Assembly: GCF_006345805.1 (NCBI RefSeq)
Contig: NC_043005.1
Location: forward strand, 67,828,001 to 67,892,000
DNA: 64,000 nucleotides
Direction of reading: 5' to 3'
Source of the DNA: Octopus sinensis
Lineage: Eukaryota
Positions 53,483 through 64,000 of this stretch are shown here, in pieces; the first letter of the stretch is position 1, and each line of letters starts with the position of its first letter. A model generated the notes under the pieces. The model was not told the origin of the DNA. It made no database searches and was given only the letters and a program-made list of their open reading frames with translations. Both the position numbers and the translations under genes were made by a program.

Positions 53483-53705
53483 ATGTATGTATGTGTATAT
53501 GTTTGTGTGTCTGTGTTTGTCCTTCCAACATCGCTTGACAACCGATGCTGGTGTTTTTACGTCCCCGTAGCTTAGCGGTTCGGCAAAAGAAACCGAAAGT
53601 ACTAGGCTTACAAAGAATAAGTCCTGGGGTCGATTCGCTCGACTAAATGCGGTGCTCCAGCATGGCCACAGTCAAATGACTGAAACAAGTAAAAGAGTAA
53701 AAGAG
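53254..53705 (+). mobile_element. SINE family B, full length
   Basis: Complete head, internal microsatellite and AAGAGTAAAAGAG tail. Confidence 0.93.
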
Positions 53706-53719
53706 TATACCTCACATGA

Positions 53720-54760
53720 CATATCTAGCTACATCTTAACGCGCATTTCGGTACTTCCTTATGATATACGTTTGGTATCTCAAATGTCCCATACGTACTG
53801 CTTGTGACATCTGGGAACTTCATACGGACTCTAGTGCAATGGTCCGAGACTCAAATCATACGTTGAAGATGGAAACTAACAAGAGCGTCTCTCTTTGTCT
53901 AGGTCACATGACAGCTGCGACTGCATGCAGGGATGAAATCTCTATCATAGTGTCAGACACTTCGAAGACAGAAGTGGTAGGCACTTTACTAGGGATATAC
54001 GAGATGTCTACGGAGGCACACATCAGCCAGGACATATTGGTGGCACCTGGAGAGGCTAGTCCGTGCCGGCCTAAAACGATTGCTGTCAGTGAGTCGAAAG
54101 CTCAGTTTAAAGTTCTTGGAGTCTAACTCAGACCGGATCTTTACGTTGATAAGAACAGAGAGGAGGTTATGAGCAGAGTAGAAAATTTCGCTCAGAAATG
54201 GACGAAGAAAAAGTTGTACCGAAAAGGTCAGGCGGAATTCGTTAACACCTACATTGCCTCGATGGAGTGCTGCTGTCTGACCGTCGTACCGTATTCCAAG
54301 AAACATGTAACAGGACTGGAGCGCATACGTTTCCGCTTCTTATAGAAGGAACAAGTTCTGCTGATCAGTAAATCTATTTCCTACCAAAACCCGCGTCGTG
54401 ATGGTTTCTGGACGTTGTCACTGATCTGCACAGACATACACTGAGACCGATGCACCAGTAGAAATATCTATCTGAACCACCGCAACAGTGACTACCACGA
54501 AGGTGAGCTAGTGTGGTGAACTTGGCTAAAATGTTTGAAGGAAAAACCTTTCTCTAGCTAAGCTTTCACCAATTTTTTTCAAATACCACTTAGAAAATGT
54601 GCGAGTGGAGAGGATGGTGCTGCCTTCAAGTGTGTTCAACGAGAGTATAATGGAAGTGGAGACACTTGTGAGGCTGAATGGATCTACTTTATGTGTGGTT
54701 TTCTAAGCAGGGAGAGAGCATTTTTGACACCTAGGATATAGCAGAGTAATCCGGACTTTT
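53720..54760 (+). mobile_element. Decayed Tx1/L1-like RT-domain fragment
   Basis: DEISIIVSD…EVVGTLLGIYE…VLGV*LRPDL…KN.EEV…KW..K.L..KG.AEFVNTYIAS…LER..F.FL matches the L1/Tx1 RT C-terminal and thumb region. Confidence 0.75.
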
Positions 54761-54854
54761 GCATGAGGTTTTCCCTGAATTATTCCGGAACCTTCCTTAC
54801 AATAGGAGACCTTGTTGAAATTCATTATTGCTTTATTTTATTTTTTTATTTTAC

Positions 54855-55250
54855 ACTAGCAGTATCGCCCGGCGTTGCTCGGGTTTGTAAGGGAAATAAC
54901 TATATAGCATTTTTAGAGAGTTATAGCCAAAAAATAGCAAAACAATGCATTAAAAATGGAAAAAATATGATGGTAAATTTTTTTTTGGTAAATTTTTTGA
55001 CTCATCGTAGACATTTTTAGAGAGTTACTTCCCTTTAAAAAATATGCATGAAAATGGAAAAAAATGATGGTAAATTATTTTTTAAATCGTAGACTCATCG
55101 TAGACGCGCGCTAATACCCAGAAGGGCTCGATATGAATCACGACTATAAGATACCCGGTTTTGATTAAACTGCACCGCAAAATGTGGGAGTAGTTAGGAA
55201 TCTAAATCGAAGGGGACAGACACTCACACAACTACAGTTTTATATATAGA
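54855..55250 (+). mobile_element. Helentron/HINE-like element, different subfamily
   Basis: Same 5' ACTAGCAGTATCGCCCGGCGTTGCTCGGGTTTG and similar 3' CACAACTACAGTTTTATATATAGAG, but a different interior. Confidence 0.65.
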
Positions 55251-57039
55251 GATTATTTTTTACTCGATGTAAACCCCATTAATCGTGTTTTCTTCGCCCT
55301 TATATTATCTAGACTGCAATGTTGCGCTCCTCATGATAAATGATTGCATATCGAAACGTGATGTATGACTCTTAGCTAAGTGGGTTTTTAGTGTATGTGG
55401 GACACATCTGTAACTATAATAACTATTGGCTAGAATTAAGGGCAAATAAACTGATATGCTGCAGCTTATATCTCGTTACTGAGCCGACTCGGTTTCAAAT
55501 CTAAGCCTTTGTTACAAGAGTCAAAGTTAAGTCTGGGGTTAAACTTCATGCTAAACCGTAAATGTTCAAGTAGACCACAAGCTAAAGTGGTACCGATCAT
55601 AATAAGGCCCCTAGATTCGTGAGGCCCCGGACAACTGCCCAGTATAACCATGCCTTCAGACGGCATTACTTCTATTTCTCTGTTTCGATGTATTTAACAC
55701 ATCATAGAATAATCGATCTGTATTGTTATTTGTCTCATGATTAAGATCAATTGAACTAATTAGATTATTACCAATATATTACAGACAGAGGCTGTAGCAT
55801 TCACCAACTCTCTTAAATCGGAAAATCTAGGCAGATAAGAAACATTTTATTGTGTATACTTTGATCTTATGCCTTTAAGCAAAACTGTAGAACAAATAAT
55901 AGTTGAGAGAGTTACATTTTGTATGAGACTACTACAACAAATCTTTTGTTACTAAAATAACATAATGTGTACACGTGTGGTGTTTTGACTTTGACCGACA
56001 ACAATAATTGGAACTCAATTCACTTCTGACATATCTTATTTTAATAAAGTGTGGGGGGGGGGGAGAGAAAGAGAGACAGAGAGATCCAGAACCAGTCTAC
56101 TTTTCACCTTAACACGATTACAGCTTCCAGTTTGAGTGACTTCCGCAATGACATTCAGTTGTATACAGCTCAGCCAAGAATTATATAGGGATCTGCTAAT
56201 GTATCGACGATATCAAATAGTTGCAAATATTGTGTACACTAGTTTCCTGAACTTTTCTTACATTATCTGGATATACCTGAACAATTAACTGAGACAAATT
56301 TATGTATCTCTTCTTATTTAATTTTTTATACATTTTAATCATCGCCAGCACTAAATCACCGTCATAGTTGTCGACGACAACTCGACAACTATTACCAAAC
56401 AAAGAACGTTTGAGCACACTCGTGTACATTTTATTAGAGCAGGGTTTCCCAACCGGTGGTTCCCGATCCCCTGGTGGGGTCGCAAAATCTTCATTTTTCG
56501 TGCTCTGTTCATAGTAGGGGGTCACGTGGGTTTCATGCTTTGGGGTAAAAATATTGTAATTACGATATTTTGTGTGTATGTGCGTGTGAGAAAGAACACA
56601 TTACAATGGTTCATTTGGCGAATCGCTAAAAGTGAATTCAACAATACAGTTCCAAAGTTCTTAATCATAGAAAAATATAGAAGGCAAAAATTTCTTACTC
56701 ATTTTTGTGCAATATGGACTAACAGAGGTCTATGTAACAGAAACGCAGCAAATTTCTGTTTATTAGGAAGAATGTGCTCACAGCCACTTGTGGTTTTGGG
56801 GGGCTTGGAAAGACGTTTAGTTTGTATCACATGACAGTGTTTTTATATGTACGTTCGGGCTGCAAACGATGTAGAATGAAGACGTGACTAAATATAGCAG
56901 AAATACATCACATGACAAGTGATAAACGAAACGTTTTGAGCAAAAGGTGTGGCTAGATACAAATTTAGGAAGTTATGCGTCTATGTCTGAGTTTATAGTG
57001 TCGTCCATAAAACCAATGCTGGTCAGTATGTTTGATATA

Positions 57040-57604
57040 TTGGGTTGTCCGGAAAGTTCGTGCCGATTTATAGTAACTTACCTTTCGACTTATTTTAGAA
57101 CATGGTTGATTCCATAAAATAGGATTTGATTACACCACCATTTAAAGCACAGTTTAAGCTGTCTTTTCGTAGAAGAAGGTTTATGTTCCTATAACCTGTG
57201 TTAATTCAGTAACCCTTTAAAATGGAAGATAATAAAGTTCATTTTCAGCACTTGATGCTTTGGAAACCAGACAAAAATTGCTGCAGCTCGGCTGGGATGT
57301 GTTACCCCACTATACATATTCACCAGATATTGCTCCTTCGGATTTCCACTAATTCAGGTCTCTGCAGAATAGTCTTAATGGTAAAAATTTCAATTCCTTG
57401 GATGACATAAAAAGATACCTAGATGAATTCTTTGCCAAGAAACCATCTCAATTCTGGGAAGAGGTTATTTTCAAGTTAAAGGAAAGATGGGGACGCATTG
57501 TGCAACAAAATGGTTGATATTTGGCTGATTAAAAATGTAATGGCAAGTATTTATTGACCTTTTTCTTTCCTTTAAAAATCGGCTGAACTTTCCGGACAAC
57601 CCAA
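57040..57604 (+). mobile_element. Internally deleted mariner (mellifera-subfamily-like), non-autonomous
   Basis: ~29-bp TIRs TTGGGTTGTCCGGAAAGTTCGTGCCGATTT / AAATCGGCTGAACTTTCCGGACAACCCAA with TA on both sides. N-terminus MEDNKVHFQHLML is joined to the C-terminus TRQKLLQLGWDVLPHYTYSPDIAPSDFH*FRSLQNSLNGK…KLKERW. Confidence 0.95.
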
Positions 57605-58109
57605 TATTTGACATTGCTATATACCTTTTAGGAGAGATCTCTCAAGTGTCATAGCCTAGGACCTAAGCTATTACACGGCGCCTAATGCGATTGTAACCCA
57701 TTATATTTGCCGTGTCTAGGTTGTCATCTTACTTGACAACCTACTAAACGTCTTAAACACATCAGCTAGCAAATTAATATCGGTCTTAAGATAAAAATGA
57801 TAGTAACATCATTGTATTTTTTTTATCACTGCCTCGTAATAACTGACCTGTATATATTGGCCCTTCAAGCATGTAGCAGGATCCATAAAATTATCTATAA
57901 TTCTACTCTCTAGCAGCATGCATACTTATTTAGTGACTCAATGCCAACAGGTTTGTGTACCTCATCCCCGCTTGCAAGAATTTGTCTTTCAAATAAATAT
58001 GCAATTGGATCTATGAAAATAACGACTATTTGATAAGGTTGCAAGGTTTCAGTTCAGGTAAAGGCAAAATGTATCTAAATCTTTTATAGTCGTTCCATCA
58101 AAACACTGT

Positions 58110-58358
58110 GGAGGCGCGTGACTTAGTGGTTAAGGTGTCAGCATCATGATCGTAAGATTGTGGTTTCGATTCCTGGACCGGGCGACGCATTGTGTTCTTG
58201 AGCAAAACACATCATTTCACTTTGCTCCAGTCTACTCAGCTGGCAAAACTGAGTAACGCTGCGATGGACTGGCGTCCCGTCCAGCTGGGGAACACATACG
58301 CCATAGAAACCGGGAAACCGGGCCCATGAGTCTGGCTAGGCTTTAAAAGGGCGCATTT
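58110..58358 (+). mobile_element. CORE-like tRNA SINE, family D, full length
   Basis: A/B boxes, CORE-like TTGAGCAAAACAC…TTGCTCCAGTCTACTCAGCTG and flanking ATCAAAACACT duplication. Confidence 0.92.
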
Positions 58359-59036
58359 ATATTTTATCAAAACACTATGATACTGATAAACTTAAGATGT
58401 TTCTCAGGTGGGAAGAACCGCATGAGAATTGAGAGTCGGGTTGAGTCTGGTAATCAAAGTAACTTCAGAAAGTCAAAGTCTGATGATGTTTCGAAACAAA
58501 AATAAGATGGCAGACACAAGTGAAACAAACTGCACTGAACTACTGTGAAAGGTAAACAAATAATCTTTAATCGAACTTTGTAACAAAATTTTTTTGTTTT
58601 ATTTCTATTTATTTATTCATTTTCTCTTTGATCAGTAAGTGTTATTTCCTATTTCCTATCTAGAAATCAAAGGAAACGACTACTGTTCCCCTCACACTTC
58701 GCTTTTGTGACATGGACAGCAATGTTTTGAAACTGACCTATTTTCCATTTCAGTTCAGATCGATTCAGCACTGAGTATCTGAAGTAGAAATATCACTATA
58801 GCAAATATTCTACTCAAGGTCACAGATTCTCTTGTCATTGCTTGAACTTAACTTCTTAAGCATGCTCTCTAGTGTCTGACAATATGTACATCTCTGATCA
58901 TGGGCAAGAGTACTGCGGGAACATCACAGTCATGTGTTGGGAGGGGTTCTTTGAAGTTTGAATAAATGTAACAAAAGCAAAGTTTGAAGGGAATATTAGC
59001 CATTTTTCTTACTTTCTAGGGCTAAGCCTTCTATAA

Positions 59037-59340
59037 AGGTGCATGGCTCAGTGGTTATGGCGTCTGAACACAATCACGAGGTAATAAGTTCGGTTTCAGG
59101 ATCGGGCTGTGTGTTATGTTCTTGAGCAAGATGCTTTATTTTGCATTGCTCCAGTTCACTCAACTTAGAAATGAGTTGCGACGTCACTGGTACCAAGCTG
59201 TATCGGCCTTTGCCTTTCCCTTCGATAACATCGGAAGCATGGAGAGGGGAGGCTGTTATGCACGGGCGGCTGCTGGTCTTCTTTAAACAACCTTGCCTGG
59301 ACTTGTGCTTAAGAGAGAAACTTCCTAGGTGCAATTTAGG
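59037..59340 (+). mobile_element. SINE family D variant
   Basis: Matches the 37988 copy. Confidence 0.82.
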
Positions 59341-59504
59341 ACTAAGCAAATGAGAAATAACAGTTGCTACCCAAGGACAAAAAATCGTGTTACACAGTGC
59401 AATCAGTAATAAAGGAATATGTAAATTACTTAGCGTTAATTACTCAAACAAAATATTTTCACAACATTCATCAATTGCACAAGACATAACCATCATACTC
59501 TTTT

Positions 59505-59900
59505 TACTCTTACTCTTTTACTTGTTTCAGTCATTTGACTGTGGCCATGCTGGAGAACCGCCTTTTAGTCGAGCAAAGCGACCCCAGGACTTATTCTTTG
59601 TTAGCCTAGTACTTATTCTATCGGTCTCTTTTGCCGAACCGCTAAGTTACGGCGACGTAAACACACCAGCATCGGTTGTCAAGCGATGTTGGGGGGGGGG
59701 ACACAGACACACAAATATATACACACACATATATACATATACATATATACGACGGGCTTCTTTCAGTTTCCGTCTACCAAATCCACTCACAAGGCTTTGG
59801 TCGACCCGAAGCTATAGTAGAAGATACTTGCCCAAGGTACCACGCAGTGGGACTGAACCCGGAACCATGTGGTTGGTAAACAAGCTACTTACCACACAAC
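59505..59900 (-). mobile_element. SINE family B, full length
   Basis: Reverse-complement match. Confidence 0.92.
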
Positions 59901-60693
59901 CAACAAAACAAGTGAAATAAATTAAATCCATTTTACACATATTGGATTCTACAATGTGTCAAACACGTCGGCTAGAAGATAAATAGTATCAAAGATATGA
60001 ACCGAATGACCTAACTGGATTTCACAAGAGTTGCCGAGTATTAACGATTATTTGCTTAACCTTTTCTTTGATTCAGTGCAATTTATTTCATTTGTCCGCC
60101 ATCTTATATGTATAAAGTTCGAAAGATGGCCCTAAGTACTTTAAAGTCTGGCTAGAGAGCTGATGCAAATAACTTTATAAATAAAGTCATAGCAAACTTC
60201 TTTTGCAATTATTGTAATTTTTTTGGCAGAACAATGCTCTTCATTTTGCAGGGGTGACAAAATTGATCCATCTAATAGAAATTATTTTGGGTTCTTATAA
60301 TTACTGGCCAAACCTGAACTTTTCCTGACAGAGCTACAAACAAATATTAGAAACTTAATTCATATGTCAAAAAGAATCCGCGAGGGATTCATCAAGCTGA
60401 TAGGACCCTGGACACTAGGAGCTGGGGCTGTTGGTAGTGGTGCCACTGGAGGTGGTGGCTGCGTCGGTGGTGTTACTGCCTCCGCATGTATTACCAGTGG
60501 TGCATGTGTTGGTGTACTACTGCCATCGCTGCTGCTGCCGCTGTCGACGATGTTGCTGCTGCTGTTGCTGTTGAGCGAAGCGGTCCTCGTCCCAGAGCTC
60601 GCAGTGGGAGAAGCCCGAATCGTAAGACCCGCAGAAGAGAAAGCAGGTCAACCCCCGACACCGAGAGCATCGATGGATGGATGAATGCGCATC

Positions 60694-60873
60694 CAGGCTC
60701 AGCGGTTGCGTAGGAAGTCGGGGACAAAGGAAGAAAGTTGGGGCGAAAGAGTACAACAGGGGTCGCCACCACCCCCTGCCGGAGCATCGTGGAGCTTCAG
60801 GTGTTTTAGCTCAATAAACACACACAACGCCCGGTCTGGAAATCGAAACCGCGAGTCCGCTGCACTAACCACT
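60694..60873 (-). mobile_element. SINE family C, partial
   Basis: AGTGGTTAGTGCAGCGGACTCGCGGTTTCGATTTCCAGACCGGGCGTTGTGTGTGTTTATTGAGC on the minus strand. Confidence 0.8.
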
Positions 60874-61377
60874 GCTGCTGCTGTTGTTGTTGCTGGTGCT
60901 GTTGTTGTTGTTGTTAAGCAACAAGATGGGTAGGGTGATTAGGTGATGGTCTAGGGCTTAGGGGCCGGAGACCCCAGACCATGGGAAAAAAAGAACTTTG
61001 GTCGTCTTGTTGTAGTCGAGAGCTCTTCGTTGACGCCCGACACCACTGGGAGGCGGCCCTCGAAGTAGCTGGAAATGGAGATCCCCAGGTCCAAATACTT
61101 GAACGGCTGCTGCTGCTGGTGCCGCTGTCGACGATGTTGCTGCTGCTGTTGTTGTTGCTGGTGCTGTCGTCGACGATGATGTTGCTGGAATCGTTGGTGT
61201 TGGTGTTGGCAAAGGTGGGGTGGTGGTGGCGTTGGTAATGTCATTGCTGGATGAGGAGGTGGCGCTGTCGATGTTACTATTGTAGCCGAAGGTGTTACTG
61301 AATGTCGAGGGGGTGCTGTTGATGTTACTATGGTAGCCGAAGGTGTTACAATATATGTTATTATTGCTATTATCTAA

Positions 61378-61765
61378 ACACAGAAAGGACAAACAAGGAC
61401 AGATAAACGGATTAAGTCGATTACATCGACCTCAGTGCGTAACTGGTACTTAATTTATCGACCCCGAAAGGAGGAAAGTCAAAGTCGACCTCGGCGGAAT
61501 TTGAACCCAAAACGTAACGGCAGACGAAATACTTATTTCTTTATTACCCACAAGGGGCTAAACATAGAGGGGACAAACAAGGACAGATAAACGGATTAAG
61601 TCGATTACATCGACCTCAGTGCGTAACTGGTACTTAATTTATCGACGCCGAAAGATTGAAAGACAAAGTCGACCTCGGCGGAATTTGAACCCAGAACGTA
61701 ACGGCAGACGAAATACGGCTACACATTTCGCCCGGCGTGCTTAACGTTTCTGCCAGCTCGCCGCC
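61378..61765 (-). mobile_element. SINE family A head-to-tail dimer
   Basis: Junction GACGAAATACTTATTTCTTTATTACC at ~61525; a single head GGCGGCGAGCTGGCAG at the right end. Confidence 0.92.
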
Positions 61766-62159
61766 TAATTATTGCTCCTATTGTTGTCTTCCCCGGTGGT
61801 GGGGGTACCGTTCTCGTTGACAGGAGCTACCATTATTCACGTTTATGCCGGTGCCTCTGCTAGGGGGCGCTGCTGCTGCTGCGGCGGCGGCAGCAGCTGA
61901 TACTATATCGGTCTGTTTACTATATTGGTCTGTTACTGCTGCTTATGAGAGCTGTCAGTGGTTATGCTGTCCTGTCTGCTATTTGTCAGGCTGGTGTTGG
62001 AGGCGACGTCACTGAGGTCGATGTTAGTGATGGTGGTGGTGGTGGCATCGGGGGTGTAGTCGGTACTGTTGGTGTTGCTGTCGTTGACGTTGGTAAGGCT
62101 ATTTTCTGTGGTGGTAGTGGTGTTGCTGGCTCTATTGATGGCTCTGCCCTCATGTCTAC

Positions 62160-63010
62160 GTTCTGCTATGGCGGCTATATTTCCTGCCAGTGGAATTGGT
62201 CGGGTTCGCCCGTACCTCGGCTTGATAAACGATACCTATTGGATTCGCAGTGGCCTTCTACTGGGCAACTGTTACGGATCTTGCATAAACAGATTCTCTT
62301 AATTGCTTGAGGCACAGCTAAACGAGACCCAAACGTTGTGCCTGTTGAAAATGAGGACGTACCTATGGGAGTTAATAAAATGTTTGTCCATTAATCTTAG
62401 GAAAAGTCTACCTACGGACGTTATAGTATTAAGGAAGCGGGGCGGAAAGCAAATTGTATTTCTGCGGCGTTTCCTTCTGCTGGTGTTGGGTTCTAATATA
62501 TAGGAGATGCGGTCCTTCAACCCTCCGGCGGCAAGGGCCTCGTTATAGAATGGGACTGCCGCGTCGAAGGCTACTTGGTTAGAAGAAAGGCTCGAAATCT
62601 CCTTACTAACACCGTTTAACAGGTTCTTGAACACGATGGGTGGGTGGTATGAGGATGTGTTGATGTATGTTAAACTCTCGTTTTGGTTTGAAGTAGGGCC
62701 TGTAGGTACCGGAGCCCAAGTCCAGCGTTGGAAAAGGGAAGAGGACTTACGGAATTTCAGTTTGGGGATAATCCCTAGGAGGTCCGCTTCGAAGGGTTCG
62801 AGGTCTTTAATTTTGAGCGAGTGTTTCCTCGATCTAATGCCATAGTTGTTTCCCTCCGGGCCTGGTGCGGCTAGGTCGTAGAGGAAAGCTTTCCATCTCA
62901 TACGCTTAATCACGTCCATAATCTTCTCCAACAGCATTCGGGTGTTCAGTTCGTTGGACGGTGTGGGTATGTTTTGGGTGGAGTATCCGAGGTCGAATCG
63001 TTCCATATGT
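62160..63010 (-). mobile_element. Second-lineage Penelope-like element, internally deleted; 235-aa fused ORF at 62299-63006
   Basis: N-terminus YSTQNIP…LEK…IKRMRWKA…FE.DL…KFRK is fused to the thumb region NESLTYIN…HPP…FYNEAL…IFNRHNV..SFSC. The downstream CKIRNSCPVEGHC…YQAEV is the linker and start of GIY-YIG. Possible tail pieces at ~60590-60680 (GSYDSGFSHCELWDEDR) and ~60960-61100. Confidence 0.85.
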
Positions 63011-63118
63011 AAAAAGTAGAAGCGCTGCGCTGGTCAGCTATTTGGCGGAAACCACGTGGACACTGCAAAAAACTGCGACCAGATAGCAAAGAGAATAGTT
63101 TTTTCTTTTTTTAATAAA

Positions 63119-63381
63119 AACATAAATCCGAAGAAGAAGAACAATCTAAGAAGTAGAGCAGTCTATATTAATCACTGAAGATAATCCCCATTGTTTATAT
63201 CTGTATCGTTTCCCCCTTCATATTTTAAAAACGCCATAGGCCATCAGGTCTTAGGCTCTGAAGATACGCCATAAAGGTACCCTTTATGACGAGAAACCAG
63301 GGTAACCCAATAAACCGGCCTTTACCAGTAATTAATATAGACTGCTCTACTTCTTAGAGTGGGCTTCTCCGGATTTATGTT
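63119..63381. mobile_element. MITE-like element with ~52-bp imperfect TIRs
   Basis: CTAAGAAGTAGAGCAGTCTATATTAAT (63146-63172) is the exact reverse complement of a sequence at ~63331-63357; the outer AACATAAATCCG also pairs. Confidence 0.8.
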
Positions 63382-64000
63382 CTATATGCATGCATATATG
63401 GGTACAGGACGTCACCAACGGTGCAAAAAACATGAAATACGTAAACAAACGATAACAACAAAAAAGATGACAAATATCCGTCAGATGTAAATAATCTAAA
63501 CAAACGAGTTAAATACGTAAACAACGAGAAAATAAATGGCAAACAGGACAAGTAAACCCAGAGAAAGGAACTATCATCAGTTTTCGGCTATCTCCTCCTC
63601 ATTTCGAGCATTTAGCCTACAATTAGATGAACTCAGGTAGGAATAAAACTAATAAAAGTCATTATTGTGAATTATTAAAGAGGTTCAAAGGCATACCGGT
63701 TTCGTAAAATTACTGTTCACTGGCTTTGAATGCGCACCAATTACCGAACGGTGTCGGGTCTACTAGTCCCTGAGTAAAAAGATTATGTGTAAGGGAGGTA
63801 AATAGTTCTGGATTTGGTGCAATTAGGGTAGATATAATACTGTAATGTGAATGATGTATGAGATGAATGGGGGTTAGTGGTATAATTGAAGGATTAGTCG
63901 TGTTCTGTATTATATTATGTGTTCATATTGAGTTGTTGAAGATATTTATTGATGAAAGCTGCCACTTTATTCATTCTTTGCTGTACGGAGGTGTTCTGTG

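Noticed and set aside
55460-55620. Open frames on both strands in unique-looking DNA
   Set aside because: No convincing splice sites and no recognisable motif.
58408-58552. Exon-like segment with AG…GT ends and a CTGATGA…GAAAC motif
   Set aside because: All three frames stop within it, and the hammerhead-like words lack a helix II.
60364-61392. Poly-Gln/Leu/Ala/Thr ORFs, also 61945-62310 and 28283-28510
   Set aside because: They derive from CTG/TTG/GTG trinucleotide runs mixed with SINE and Penelope fragments.

Overview
Eukaryotic, repeat-saturated genomic DNA. The SINE families, microsatellite load and transposon content fit an octopus (cephalopod) genome; this is judged by recall of the repeats, not by a search. 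The window looks almost entirely intronic or intergenic. The only well-supported host coding sequence is one minus-strand exon (3140-3303) encoding the first half of a CARD domain (caspase-2/RAIDD-like). Nearly all long ORFs in the track are microsatellite translation artefacts. Mobile DNA: four tRNA-derived SINE families (about 30 copies), Tx1/L1-like LINE fragments, a decayed near-complete R4/Dong-like retrotransposon, two lineages of Penelope-like elements (one with hammerhead-like motifs), RTE 3' ends, an internally deleted mariner, hAT and pogo fragments, Helentron/HINE-like elements and MITEs. The most interesting pattern is a candidate (GATA)n-targeting Tx1-like LINE. It shares its 3' tail with a SINE that forms head-to-tail multimers through one invariant junction. 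Other retroelements here sit inside (TA)n and (TAA)n arrays. No CRISPR array, rRNA or intact tRNA gene was seen.
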